From the sequence record NC_009760.1: a stretch of DNA of 64,000 nucleotides; one strand, written 5' to 3'. The notes under the pieces were generated by a model. That model did not search any database. It was not told the origin of the DNA and worked only from the letters and a program-made list of their open reading frames with translations. Both the position numbers and the translations under genes were made by a program. This document shows positions 1 to 9,770 of the stretch, in pieces. How positions within the stretch are numbered: the first letter of the stretch is position 1; each line of letters starts with the position of its first letter.

Positions 1-462
1 GTCTTCTAACTGTGTACGGCTAAAGCCTAGCTTTTTACCTAAACGTTTAATCTTACCAATGCTATCAACAGATGCTAAATCAGGTTCATATGCCTGTAGT
101 TCATCGGCTGTTACCATACCTACGTTTAAGAAGTCACGGAACGCACGACCTTTGGCACGAGTTAATGCCATACGTGGGAATGATGCTGCTGTCATTTTAC
201 CGCAGTTATTCACACTTGCATCGGCTTCTTCCATACCAATGCGTTTACCTTCTTTGTCGAAGATTTCGGCACGAGCATAACATGTAAACTTATTCTCCGA
301 TGACGGATACTGCGTGACATATGCCTCGATATGTCCAAAGCGTGGGTCTTCATGTGCAAGGGCAAGCAAACCATTATATAGAATTGCTTCTTTCCCTTTT
401 GGCCCACCAATCTTCATGATAAATTCTTTCTTAAATTCGGGTGTTAATTCTCTACTTTTCAC
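1..462 (-). CDS. Rad52/Sak-like single-strand annealing protein (3' end runs off the window)
   Basis: Not in the ORF track. GTG at 462 follows a GGAGG SD and the frame is open to base 1. MKSRELTPEF...RMALTRAKGRAFRDFLNVGMVTADEL resembles the Rad52/Sak MA.TRA..RA.R..L motif. Confidence 0.55.
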   Translation of the reverse strand, partial: MKSRELTPEFKKEFIMKIGGPKGKEAILYNGLLALAHEDPRFGHIEAYVTQYPSSENKFTCYARAEIFDKEGKRIGMEEADASVNNCGKMTAASFPRMALTRAKGRAFRDFLNVGMVTADELQAYEPDLASVDSIGKIKRLGKKLGFSRTQLED

Positions 463-477
463 ACTGCAACCTCCTAA

Positions 478-792
478 TTAGCCATTAATCCGTTTGTCAT
501 AGCAATAGCCACAAACATCTAATCCCGGATTCCTCGGCTCTGACTTACAATCAACACACTTCGGTTCTAGCTCTTTATAAATCGCTTCCTTGATCTCTCT
601 CCATTCACCTAGTTGCTTCTGATGATTTGCAACTTCACGTTTGCGACCATCAATTACAACTTGTGGTGTCCGCATACTTTCAGGAAGAGATTTAATATAA
701 GCACTCGCTTGTTCACGACGAGTAATCTCCGTATTCACGAGCTTCCGAAGTTTCTTTAATTGTGCATTAGAAAACGGGCGACCGTTTACCAT
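478..792 (-). CDS. hypothetical protein with C-terminal CxxC...CxxC
   Basis: ORF tiles with its neighbours; CVDC...CGYC. Confidence 0.6.
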   Translation of the reverse strand: MVNGRPFSNAQLKKLRKLVNTEITRREQASAYIKSLPESMRTPQVVIDGRKREVANHQKQLGEWREIKEAIYKELEPKCVDCKSEPRNPGLDVCGYCYDKRING

Positions 793-1223
793 TTCTCGAT
801 TCTACTTTCTACCTGTAATGTTGCAGTTAAGTCGTCGTTTGTACGAATTACTAATTCAGGAGCATTGTATCCATAAGAACCTTCATAGTATTTTTGGAAT
901 GTACCACCACGCCATAATGGTGTCACACGACCTTTTGCAAACGTACCATTCTTTTTCGTAGGAATTTTATTGAACCATTCTTCAAACTTATTACCCTCTT
1001 GAATCTCAATAATAAGTGCTTTGATTTCTTCCTCTTCCGCAGCACGCTCTGCTTCTGTTGGACGTGTAAAGTCTGTGTCCATATCACAAGTATTAATGCC
1101 GTAATCCTCATCTTCTGGATCAGCACCAATCATGCTTTGCAGTTCACGAATGATTTCATCCTTGTTTCCTTCTAGGTTGAATACCTTATGACGCTCATCT
1201 GTCTTTGTGAATAATACTACCAT
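786..1223 (-). CDS. hypothetical protein
   Basis: ORF on the coding strand; start moved to MVVLF, which has an SD-like GGAGTG. Confidence 0.6.
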   Translation of the reverse strand: MVVLFTKTDERHKVFNLEGNKDEIIRELQSMIGADPEDEDYGINTCDMDTDFTRPTEAERAAEEEEIKALIIEIQEGNKFEEWFNKIPTKKNGTFAKGRVTPLWRGGTFQKYYEGSYGYNAPELVIRTNDDLTATLQVESRIEKW

Positions 1224-1699
1224 TTCACTCCACTCCCATCTTCGCCGCAATTACTACAGCTATTTCTTCTTAACCAGCTATACAGATGCTCTTTTAGGTT
1301 ATCTTCTAGCGGTTTCCCGTAGTCCTTCATAAAGTCAGTGACAACATCGTCAATACGCATAATGACGGCACTACGTTCCTCCCCTGTATAGAAACCAGCA
1401 TCAGTATCACATACGAGTTTGATGATTTCATCCTTAATACCTACATCAATTGCCGGCTCTACCGGTGCTAACTCATATGCACGAATCATGCTTGAATCAA
1501 TACCGTATTGCTTCGATGCAATTTCAATTGCAACTGCGGTTGATTCAACGGAATACGTACCTAAAATAATACCAGCATGAATGTCACGCCATTCTTGTAC
1601 CTCATAGAAATTCTCTTCGTCTTGTATAGGCTCCGTTAACACTTGTATGTCACGAGTGTATTCTTCGTCTACAACGCATAGATAATCATTTTTGACCAT
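1217..1699 (-). CDS. hypothetical protein (paralogous N-terminal domain with 21823..22359)
   Basis: Tiled ORF; YLCVVDEEY...IRAYELAP. Confidence 0.65.
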   Translation of the reverse strand: MVKNDYLCVVDEEYTRDIQVLTEPIQDEENFYEVQEWRDIHAGIILGTYSVESTAVAIEIASKQYGIDSSMIRAYELAPVEPAIDVGIKDEIIKLVCDTDAGFYTGEERSAVIMRIDDVVTDFMKDYGKPLEDNLKEHLYSWLRRNSCSNCGEDGSGVKW

Positions 1700-2306
1700 G
1701 TGGGGTCACCACCTTCAATTGTTTTAGTTGTTCAAATGCTTCTTCCTCTGTTAATTCTCCCGCATCTAACTTCGCAAGCACTTCATCAATGCTATTCATT
1801 GCTTCCGGATTTCGACCAATTTCTGTTTCTACCGTATAGCTATCCAATGGTTCTACATATTCACTTGAATTTTCCGCCATTAGTTTCTCTAATGTTTTAC
1901 GTAATTGATCGTCAGGCAAGGATAAGGCATTCTTTATATCATCAACTTTAATGTATTCTGCATCCTCTGATGTTTTTACCGTATGGTCTGGTTTACCCGG
2001 ACGGACGTACAGTGTATCAGCGGCGAAACCATCGTCTGCTGAACATGATCTGTCGTATGCTGCATTATGTTTCTTTAACAACTGTTCCAGTTCTTTTATT
2101 TCACCATCTTGATTATCTTCTTCTTCAATCGAGATGAGCGTTTTCTCTTCATCTACATAACAGTTTTCTAATAGTGATACTTTATCTTTGTAATCTGCCT
2201 TCCCGCTATCGTAATATTCTTTATCCTTTAGATGCTGTGCTATCTCCGGATGCAACATACGTGCCGGGAAAGTAACTTCTACATGAAAATATCCCATCTT
2301 GTTCAC
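1686..2306 (-). CDS. hypothetical protein
   Basis: 206-aa ORF with GAGGTG SD. Confidence 0.65.
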   Translation of the reverse strand: MNKMGYFHVEVTFPARMLHPEIAQHLKDKEYYDSGKADYKDKVSLLENCYVDEEKTLISIEEEDNQDGEIKELEQLLKKHNAAYDRSCSADDGFAADTLYVRPGKPDHTVKTSEDAEYIKVDDIKNALSLPDDQLRKTLEKLMAENSSEYVEPLDSYTVETEIGRNPEAMNSIDEVLAKLDAGELTEEEAFEQLKQLKVVTPHGQK

Positions 2307-2363
2307 CTCATTACTTTTATTGTTACCATCTGTAACGCTTTTATGCAGAGAAACAAGAGGCTT

Positions 2364-4337
2364 TTACACCTCTTGAATTAACTCATCCGGCAACTCTTCC
2401 ATAAAGCGTGAAGGTGTTTGCCAGTTATACGTACGGTTATAATCCATACGACGCTCTGCATGAGTGAAATACAATATCTCCTGCGCACGAGTGATACCTA
2501 CATACGCTAGGCGACGTTCTTCTTCTAATTGAACTGTATCAGATAGACTACGTGAATGCGGGAATAATCCCTCTTCCATACCAATCATAAATACGACTGG
2601 ATACTCAAGTCCTTTCGAAGTATGAAGCGTCATTAATTGTACTTTGTCTTGATTGACTACTTTATCTTGCTGAGATTGCAGTGCGATTTGGTCAAGGAAG
2701 TCTTGTAGATGTGGGTCTTTATTCTCTTGTTCATAACCCTTCGCAATCTTCGTTAACTCCTTGATATTATCAATACGGCGGAAGTCTTCTTCCTTACCAG
2801 TTTCCTGCAACTTCTCAATGTACTGCGTATATTTAAAGATAAGTTCTAACATGTCTGTAATCGGTTGGTCAGATACGCTCTTACCTGCTTCATACAATGC
2901 ATTTAAACGAGCGACTGTATCTGTTAATCCTACGAATGCAGCTTTCGCTTTCGCTGTCTTCGGATTGAAATACTCCACCACTTCATAGATAGACTTGTTC
3001 TTTTCGTTTGCCTTATCTTTGATTTGTTTAATCGTTGTTTTACCAACGCCCGCTTGCATGTTCAAGATACGGTCACATGCAATATCGTTGTCAGGATTAA
3101 CAGCTAACTGCATCCATGACATGATGTCCTTGATTTCCTTACGTTCATAGAAGGAGAATCCGGAAACCATATTGTACGGAATGTTATGGCGGATAAACTG
3201 ATCCTCAAGGAGACGAGATTGAACGTTCGTGCGATACAGAAGTGCAATGTCTTCATACTTGTATCCATCGAATGTACATAGGTTCTGAATCTCCTGTGCA
3301 ATGAAGCGTGCTTCTTGTTCATCGTCCGGCGCTTCATACTTACGTATCTTCTCACCCATTCCTTTATCCGTGAAGCAAGTTTTATTCATCTGCTTCGTAT
3401 TATGTTTCATGATGGCGTTACCTGCGGTTACAATCGTATTGGTAGAACGATAATTCTGCTCTAGCTTCACGACCTTCGTACCCGGATAATCTTTTTGGAA
3501 GTTGAGTATCTTCTCAATGTTCGCTCCACGCCACCCGTATATGCCTTGATAATCATCGCCAACGACAAATATGTTATTCTTATCGCCGACAATGTTTTTA
3601 ATCATACGGTACTGACATTCATTCGTATCTTGATACTCATCACACATAATATACTTGTATCGTCGCTGGAACTTCCTGCGTACTTCCGTATTGCTTTCCA
3701 GTAAGATAACCATCTTCATGATTAAGTCATCAAAGTCTACGGCATTGTTACGTGCCATTCTGTCTTGATAACGCTCATAGATTCTCGCAAATGACTTATC
3801 TTGCGGTTCCATTTGCTTACGGAAATCTTTCGGCAGTATCATATCATTCTTCAAGTTACTAATACGGGACTGCGTTGCATATACGTTCTGCTTTGAGTCA
3901 TCCATATTGTTACTCTTTAGTAACTCTTTAATGACTTTGTTTGTATCCTCTGAATCGAAGATCGTCCAGTTCTTTTTCAGACCTGCTTCACTATAATATT
4001 GATGTAACCAACGTACAGCTAGAGAGTGGAATGTACCAATCATAATCTTCTTGGCTCTCGCTTCTCCTACCTCATTGCCGATACGTTCCTTCATTTCTGT
4101 TGCTGCTTTATTTGTAAACGTCACGGTTAATATACGGCGTGGGTCAATACCATTTTCTAAAATATACCCCACACGCTTTTGAAGAACCCTTGTTTTTCCA
4201 CTTCCTGCTCCGGCGATAACTAAACTAGGGTTCTTTACTGTTTTAACAACCGCTTCCTTCTGAGCTGGATTCAGACCATCTAATAACTTACGTATCCGTT
4301 TCCGCTTTCTCTTTCTTTCTTCATCCATTACTACCAC
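2364..4337 (-). CDS. pcrA: PcrA/UvrD/Rep superfamily 1 DNA helicase
   Basis: Walker A AGAGSGKT, DEYQD, VGDDYQGIYGWRGA, LEQNYRST, TLHTSKGLEY, EERRLAYVGITRA. Confidence 0.95.
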   Translation of the reverse strand: MVVMDEERKRKRKRIRKLLDGLNPAQKEAVVKTVKNPSLVIAGAGSGKTRVLQKRVGYILENGIDPRRILTVTFTNKAATEMKERIGNEVGEARAKKIMIGTFHSLAVRWLHQYYSEAGLKKNWTIFDSEDTNKVIKELLKSNNMDDSKQNVYATQSRISNLKNDMILPKDFRKQMEPQDKSFARIYERYQDRMARNNAVDFDDLIMKMVILLESNTEVRRKFQRRYKYIMCDEYQDTNECQYRMIKNIVGDKNNIFVVGDDYQGIYGWRGANIEKILNFQKDYPGTKVVKLEQNYRSTNTIVTAGNAIMKHNTKQMNKTCFTDKGMGEKIRKYEAPDDEQEARFIAQEIQNLCTFDGYKYEDIALLYRTNVQSRLLEDQFIRHNIPYNMVSGFSFYERKEIKDIMSWMQLAVNPDNDIACDRILNMQAGVGKTTIKQIKDKANEKNKSIYEVVEYFNPKTAKAKAAFVGLTDTVARLNALYEAGKSVSDQPITDMLELIFKYTQYIEKLQETGKEEDFRRIDNIKELTKIAKGYEQENKDPHLQDFLDQIALQSQQDKVVNQDKVQLMTLHTSKGLEYPVVFMIGMEEGLFPHSRSLSDTVQLEEERRLAYVGITRAQEILYFTHAERRMDYNRTYNWQTPSRFMEELPDELIQEV

Positions 4338-4348
4338 GTTGCAACCTC

Positions 4349-4474
4349 CTATGCTGACTCTTTAATACTTTTCCATGCACCTTGCAACGCACGGTCACCG
4401 TCCATAATAGGATTATGTTCCCATACAATATCGCCGGTGTCGTTTATACTTCCTAAATAAATAACGTTCTCCAT
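4349..4474 (-). CDS. small hypothetical protein (41 aa)
   Basis: ATG at 4474 after AGGAGGTG; MENVIYLGS...; fills the gap before pcrA. Confidence 0.55.
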   Translation of the reverse strand: MENVIYLGSINDTGDIVWEHNPIMDGDRALQGAWKSIKESA

Positions 4475-4485
4475 TATGTCACCTC

Positions 4486-4704
4486 CTAAAATGGAACATC
4501 AATCATGTTTTCTGGTGTTACCTCTACTGCGATGAATCCATGTTCATGTAGTGCAGGAAGTATATCAAGTTCTGTGTAATTTTCACCTTCACATACTTTA
4601 CGGATAACTCCTTTAAATTCCTCTTCTGTTGCATTTGTTTCGATTAGTTTCATCCACGTAGAACGTTTTGAATCGCTATCAAATAAACGGAATGTGTTGA
4701 ACAT
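4486..4704 (-). CDS. hypothetical protein
   Basis: Start MFNTF with GGAGG SD. Confidence 0.6.
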   Translation of the reverse strand: MFNTFRLFDSDSKRSTWMKLIETNATEEEFKGVIRKVCEGENYTELDILPALHEHGFIAVEVTPENMIDVPF

Positions 4705-4705
4705 A

Positions 4706-4954
4706 TTATGCCTCCTGTTCTTCGTATTTATCTTGATACAAGAAGAATGCGGTACTGTCTGCATGATGACTATGAATGAAGTCCGATAACTCATCATACT
4801 TGTGATGAAACCCTTCATTTGAGTATTCATCCTCAAGGTCACTTAATAATCGTTTAGCAAACTCATTGGCTTTCTTTTCATCCTTGAAGCTGTATTCACC
4901 ATTATTCACGAATAATCGTTTGACTAATTCTAAGTTCTCTTTATGGTCATCCAT
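4706..4954 (-). CDS. hypothetical protein
   Basis: Start MDDHK with GGAGG SD. Confidence 0.6.
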   Translation of the reverse strand: MDDHKENLELVKRLFVNNGEYSFKDEKKANEFAKRLLSDLEDEYSNEGFHHKYDELSDFIHSHHADSTAFFLYQDKYEEQEA

Positions 4955-4964
4955 GATGAACCTC

Positions 4965-5300
4965 CTATAATATACTGTCGTTACATGCCCATATTGCTTT
5001 TGATACATAGCGTTTATCAAACTTTTCTACGGTAGGTTCGATTGCTAGTATCTTTTCTCCACGGATTCTATTTACTGTTGAATCATCAGACTCAATTAGC
5101 TTTCGAATACCATTTTCTACACGACGAATCGCATCTGCTTCATCTTGTGCAAAGATAACAACATTCACCGCCATCCAACTTTGTGCGGAATATTGAACAA
5201 CATAAGGTTCTCCATCCGGGTCACCAATTAAAAACGATTCATCTTGCTTGCGACTCCATCTCATTGAATTAAGAAACGGGTCTGTATATAGTTCAGGCAT
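4965..5300 (-). CDS. hypothetical protein
   Basis: Start MPELY with GGAGG SD. Confidence 0.6.
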   Translation of the reverse strand: MPELYTDPFLNSMRWSRKQDESFLIGDPDGEPYVVQYSAQSWMAVNVVIFAQDEADAIRRVENGIRKLIESDDSTVNRIRGEKILAIEPTVEKFDKRYVSKAIWACNDSIL

Positions 5301-5380
5301 AACAAACCTCCTTACTAGTTTGGCACGGGAATCCCCGTATGATAAAAAGAGAGGGAGCATTGTTACATGCCCCTCTACTG

Positions 5381-6076
5381 TTATACAATTTCAGTTGTTT
5401 CTTTCTTCTCGGCTGGCTTCTTCGCTGGTGTTTTACGTGCAGGTTTCGTCGCTGGCTTCTTATCTGCTACCGGCTTTTTCGTTGTAATCTTCTTTGCCGA
5501 CGCTTTCTTCAAAGCAGCTTCTTCCTCTGCGGCAATTTGCTTCTCGATTTTCTCAAGTTCTTCGATGTCTTTCATTTCATCAGCATCTTGATACTTCGGA
5601 AGTAGTTCACCTTGTTTTACTTTCCCGCGAATCTCCTGACGTAACTGTTCAGCGAACCACGGATTATCCGTCATGAACTCACGGAACTTCGTTTTACCCG
5701 GAAACTTCAATGGTACATTCTTCGCCATCTGCGGTACTGGATCATCCTTCTTACGAACAAGTGCCTCGGCTGCTTCAATCTGCTCACCGTCTTCTTTCTC
5801 GTAATAGAACCATGAGCCTGACTTACGCATGATGCCAGCAGGTTCAACGTTCTCCATAATCTCAGTAAGCTTATCGACACCCTCACCATAAATAACGTAA
5901 TATTCACATTTTTTGTAAGGGTTGTCGTATACACATCGGTTCTTCGCAACACGAGCGCTGATTTTCAGTCCATCGTCGTCCGTAATTGGGTCACTATCTT
6001 GTAGTTTCAGTTTATTCATACCAAAACGTAATGACGCATAGAACGCTAACGCACGACCACCAGTTGTCACGTTTGG
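5381..6076 (-). CDS. recA: RecA recombinase, exon 2
   Basis: PNVTTGGRALAFYASLR, ARVAKNR and GSWFYY motifs. Joins exon 1 (..FGD|PNVTTGG) after the intron-terminal G at 6077. Lys/Ala/Pro-rich tail. Confidence 0.93.
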   Translation of the reverse strand, partial: PNVTTGGRALAFYASLRFGMNKLKLQDSDPITDDDGLKISARVAKNRCVYDNPYKKCEYYVIYGEGVDKLTEIMENVEPAGIMRKSGSWFYYEKEDGEQIEAAEALVRKKDDPVPQMAKNVPLKFPGKTKFREFMTDNPWFAEQLRQEIRGKVKQGELLPKYQDADEMKDIEELEKIEKQIAAEEEAALKKASAKKITTKKPVADKKPATKPARKTPAKKPAEKKETTEIV

Positions 6077-7189
6077 CTTACACATTTAAGTGTAATGGAC
6101 TATATCTTCATCCTCTATCGAGGAGCCTTGCGCTTCGAATGGTGCTAATCTCCATCCTACTCTACTCGCTTCCATCGTATGATGTGCTTTCGATAGTCTC
6201 TACACCTTCCCTATTGGGCTTGGCACGGTATTGGGAGCCTTCCGTCCACCGTTAGCCGTCTTACGACGACACCGCTTTTGCTTGCGTTCACAAGGTTATT
6301 TTACATACCATTACTGATATGGGTGACCCAAAACTTTTGTATTTGTTGTTTCACCTTATCTATATCATTTAACTCATCGTCTTCGATTGTTAATACACGG
6401 TATCCTTTACTGTGTAGTTCAGACAACTTACGTTTATCCTTATTTACATTCTTTTGTTTACTGTGCCAATATACACCGTTTACTTCTATCGCTAGTTTCT
6501 TACCTAAATAGAAGTCTACATTCCATCCTTCAACAACGTGATGTGTAAAATACACGATGTCTAATTCATCAAGTATTTCTTTTACACGACGTTCAGGTGT
6601 TGTTAGATGTGTCGATGTATCAATTTGTGGCTTAAACTTACCGTGTCTTTTCTTTCTCCATCGTTGGATAGCAACATCACTTACGCCATACTTTTCAGCA
6701 AGCTCAATTGATGAATACTTTGGATTATCAATATCCTTAAAGAATGCTTCATCTCTTGGTGTCTTCCCCGGACGATAGTGTGGGTTCTTCTCGATATATT
6801 GCTTCGTGTCGATACCCAACTTCTTCATTCGTTTCTGTACACCTGCAAGACTAATACCAATGTTATTGGCTAATTCATTTAAGGATATTTCTCCCTTCCA
6901 ATCTTTAATCGCTTTACGTTGTTCTGCGTTTAGTCTATCCTTCGGTACTTTTGTAAGGTCATGCTCATCAGCGTATTTCATAAGAGCATCCTTTCCGATA
7001 CCTAACTCTTTCGCAAGTTCACGTATGCTAATATCAGGAGAAGCGTAACCGTCGATAACGATTTGTTTTTGTTCAATAGATGGTGACCATGCTCGTGACA
7101 TATTATTACCTCCGACTTTAAGTAGTTACATTCGTTTACTTAAAGTCTAACATAGGTAAATACTATTGTCACGCACAAATACGAGTCCA
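6077..7189 (-). mobile_element. group I intron in recA (1113 nt)
   Basis: 5' splice site after U (GAT|TGGAC) and 3' terminal G (TAAG|CCA). R element GAGACTA and S element AAGATATAGTCC are present. Removal restores the RecA reading frame. Confidence 0.92.
6301..7101 (-). CDS. intron-encoded EDxHD (Vsr-like) homing endonuclease, I-Bth0305I-like
   Basis: N-terminal HTH repeats plus TTPERRV...VDFYL...IEVNGVYWH catalytic domain. The 266-aa length and His at position 213 match my recollection of I-Bth0305I. Confidence 0.88.
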   Translation of the reverse strand: MSRAWSPSIEQKQIVIDGYASPDISIRELAKELGIGKDALMKYADEHDLTKVPKDRLNAEQRKAIKDWKGEISLNELANNIGISLAGVQKRMKKLGIDTKQYIEKNPHYRPGKTPRDEAFFKDIDNPKYSSIELAEKYGVSDVAIQRWRKKRHGKFKPQIDTSTHLTTPERRVKEILDELDIVYFTHHVVEGWNVDFYLGKKLAIEVNGVYWHSKQKNVNKDKRKLSELHSKGYRVLTIEDDELNDIDKVKQQIQKFWVTHISNGM

Positions 7190-7867
7190 ATCACCGAAGC
7201 GTGAGTTTACATCTGTACGTAATTGGTTGATGAAGATTGCATACAAGTCCTTCTTACCGATAAGAGCAGTCCACTTACGCATTAGCTTACTCATCATACG
7301 AGCTTGCAGGGCGATATCAGACTGTGCTAAGTCCGTTTCAACCTCACGTTTCGGTACTAAACCAGCTACGGAGTTTACAACGAATCCTGATAAGATACCA
7401 GAACGCATTAACACTTCTAAACGGTCAATAGATTCCTCTGCACCTTTAAGCGAGATATCGACATAGATTAGACGGTCTAAGTCAATGCCGTGAACATCTC
7501 GTGCATAGTCTGGGTCGAAACTTTCTTCCGACTCAAGCCAAGCCCAAAGTGCATCCGGATCTTGCTCCATATCTTCACCAATTGTTTCTAAACATAGTGA
7601 CGTTTTTCCTGATGAGTTATTACCAAAGATTTCAGTAATACGACCACGAGGGATACCGCCACCAGTCATGACATTGATTTCTTCGGAAGGTGTAGGCAAG
7701 AACGTTAATTTCTTTGCTACATCTTTTGCGAAACCAACCGCTGTTGAACCCGCCGTTTTATTAATACCATCCATTAACTTCATCGCAATTTTGCGTTTTT
7801 CTTCCTTCGTTAACTTCTTATCGACTTGAGTTTCTTCGGCTGTTTCTATTTGTTTCTTCTTTGCCAA
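7190..7867 (-). CDS. recA: RecA recombinase, exon 1
   Basis: TTG start with SD; GGGIPRGRITEIFGNNSSGKT, ALQARMMSKLMRK, IFINQLR. Confidence 0.93.
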
Positions 7868-7880
7868 TCCGATAACCTCC

Positions 7881-8198
7881 CTATAATACCTTCTTTAGCC
7901 GTTGTAGTTTCGGCTTTAGTATACGGTTGCCGAAACTGGCATAGGCTTTCTCTTTTTTCGAATATGCATCAACGTTTGCGATAATATCATCAACAATTGC
8001 AACAGGATTAGCGATGCTTGTTGCTACACCATTAAACGTACCATTTTCTACATATTCTCCATGAACTTCTGCTATGTCTTTTGCTACTTGTGCTTTTGCA
8101 TCCTTCGCACTCATGCCCTCTTCACGATAACTATTAAAGAGATAGACAATCGACTGACGAAACATATGCTTTGCACCTAGTTGTTTTGGATTATTCAT
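7881..8198 (-). CDS. hypothetical protein
   Basis: ORF with AGGAG SD. Confidence 0.6.
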   Translation of the reverse strand: MNNPKQLGAKHMFRQSIVYLFNSYREEGMSAKDAKAQVAKDIAEVHGEYVENGTFNGVATSIANPVAIVDDIIANVDAYSKKEKAYASFGNRILKPKLQRLKKVL

Positions 8199-8319
8199 AG
8201 ATTTTCGAATAACATCTCCTTCCGTTATGATGCGGAACGTCCGTTACACCCCAAGACGGGGCGAAAGGGTTCTTCGCTTTAGGCTTTAACTCGCCCACTG
8301 CAAAGACCCCTTTCGTTTC

Positions 8320-9021
8320 TCAATCTTCGTCTTCTTCGTCGAAGTAGTTGTCATCTTCATCATCATCGAAGTCGTCATCATCATAGTCCTCTTCGTAATC
8401 CTCATCCTCGTCTTCTTCCTCACGGCGACGTTTACGAGACTTACTAGCAGGTTTCTTTTTCTTCGCACCATCAGATGCTTTACCGCTTGCACGCTTCTTA
8501 CGGCGTGGAGCTTCCTCTTCTTCATCTTCATCGTGGTCATCATAATCTTCTTCCTCATCACGACGACGGCGACGCTCACTACGTGGTTTACGTTCGCTAC
8601 GCTCGCTCTTGCCACGAGAAGCACCTGCACGTTTAGAACCACTAGACTTCTTACGACGACGTGGTTTCTCTTCTTCCTCTTCATCGCCTACGACTTCACT
8701 TACAGCCTCGGACAATGCTTTTGGAAGTAAGCTAATCTTACCTGCTTTGAACGAGATACGATCCTCTTCTGCGTCATCTGGACGGTACACATCCATTTCA
8801 CAATTGACGAATGTAACCCAATGACCTACACCTGCATACTCACGTAAATACGCTGCATCGTGACCAAAGATAGTGACTGCTGGATATACGTTTGGCATAT
8901 CCCCTTCTCGCACGAATTGTTTACGGCACTCAACAACTACCTTTAAGATAGCATCCTTACCGTCCTTGTCATTGTCATGAATGATTCTTTTGATTTGCCC
9001 TGCAATATTTGCACTAAACAT
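8320..9021 (-). CDS. SSB-like OB-fold protein with basic/acidic tail
   Basis: N-terminal beta-rich ~100 aa with SSB-like layout (PAVTIFGHDAAYLREYAGVGHWVTF), then R/K and D/E tracts. Confidence 0.55.
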   Translation of the reverse strand: MFSANIAGQIKRIIHDNDKDGKDAILKVVVECRKQFVREGDMPNVYPAVTIFGHDAAYLREYAGVGHWVTFVNCEMDVYRPDDAEEDRISFKAGKISLLPKALSEAVSEVVGDEEEEEKPRRRKKSSGSKRAGASRGKSERSERKPRSERRRRRDEEEDYDDHDEDEEEEAPRRKKRASGKASDGAKKKKPASKSRKRRREEEDEDEDYEEDYDDDDFDDDEDDNYFDEEDED

Positions 9022-9083
9022 ATTGTGAACCTCCTAATTGTTCATTAAGTATAGTATTTCCATTTGTAATAATCATATACACG

Positions 9084-9118
9084 AAAGAAACGCCCTCGTA
9101 CCTTTATCGCACGAGGGC
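9084..9118 (-). terminator. intrinsic terminator after HU gene
   Basis: GCCCTCGT/ACGAGGGC stem followed by TTTCTTT on the - strand. Confidence 0.75.
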
Positions 9119-9129
9119 ATCTGCCTTTA

Positions 9130-9402
9130 TTATTTTACTGCTGTTTTCAACTCTTTACCAGCTTTGAATGCCGGTACTTTTGTTGCAGCAATTTCAATTT
9201 CTTCACCAGTTTGTGGGTTACGTCCCTTACGAGCCGCACGGTCACGAGTTTCGAATGTACCAAAGCCGATTAACTGTACTTTGTTACCTTCTGCTAAAGC
9301 GTTTGTGATACCGCCAAATACTGCGTCTACAGCTTTTGTAGCATCCTTTTTAGAGATTTCTGCTGTTTCAGCTACGTGGTTGATTAATTCAGTTTTGTTC
9401 AT
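9130..9402 (-). CDS. hup: HU histone-like DNA-binding protein
   Basis: MNKTELI...VQLIGFGTF...[29 protein letters not shown]. Confidence 0.97.
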   Translation of the reverse strand: MNKTELINHVAETAEISKKDATKAVDAVFGGITNALAEGNKVQLIGFGTFETRDRAARKGRNPQTGEEIEIAATKVPAFKAGKELKTAVK

Positions 9403-9479
9403 GATAAGTGTCCTCACTTTTTCTCTGATTTGTTTTGTGTTTCTAGTGTCCTTAGTAGTTGTCATTTCTGACTATCCTC

Positions 9480-9507
9480 ATTTTATCATCCATAAAAGTA
9501 ATGTCAA
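9480..9507 (-). promoter_or_regulatory. host sigmaA-type promoter upstream of HU gene
   Basis: - strand TTGACA-16 nt-TAAAAT, with TGn extended -10. Confidence 0.65.
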
Positions 9508-9526
9508 GCCTTGACACTAAGCCATT

Positions 9527-9727
9527 TTAGAAAATAATAAACATGACAGCTCCAATAATGACAACCCACTTAAAGATACCTTTTGCTACTTCCTTGAATC
9601 CTTCCCAAAATGATTCTGCACCTTGCTTCATTCGGTCTAGACCTCGAATTGCTGATGAGCGATGCATTGGTGTGCTTTCCTTTCGCTCAATGACTTCCAC
9701 TTGGTCAATCGTAATAGTTTCCATCAT
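9527..9727 (-). CDS. small protein with C-terminal transmembrane segment
   Basis: SD AGGAGG; WVVIIGAVMFIIF. Confidence 0.6.
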   Translation of the reverse strand: MMETITIDQVEVIERKESTPMHRSSAIRGLDRMKQGAESFWEGFKEVAKGIFKWVVIIGAVMFIIF

Positions 9728-9739
9728 ATAACCTCCTTA

Positions 9740-9764
9740 TACATAACAGGGCGTGCGAACGCCC
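9740..9764 (-). promoter_or_regulatory. hairpin element copy 1 (candidate phage RNAP promoter)
   Basis: + strand TACA-taacaggg-CGTGCGAACG-ccc. Confidence 0.7.
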
Positions 9765-9770
9765 CGTCAT

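Noticed and set aside
8245-8270. TACA-ccccaaga-CGGGGCGAAA as another hairpin element
   Set aside because: The core does not match and the hairpin register differs.
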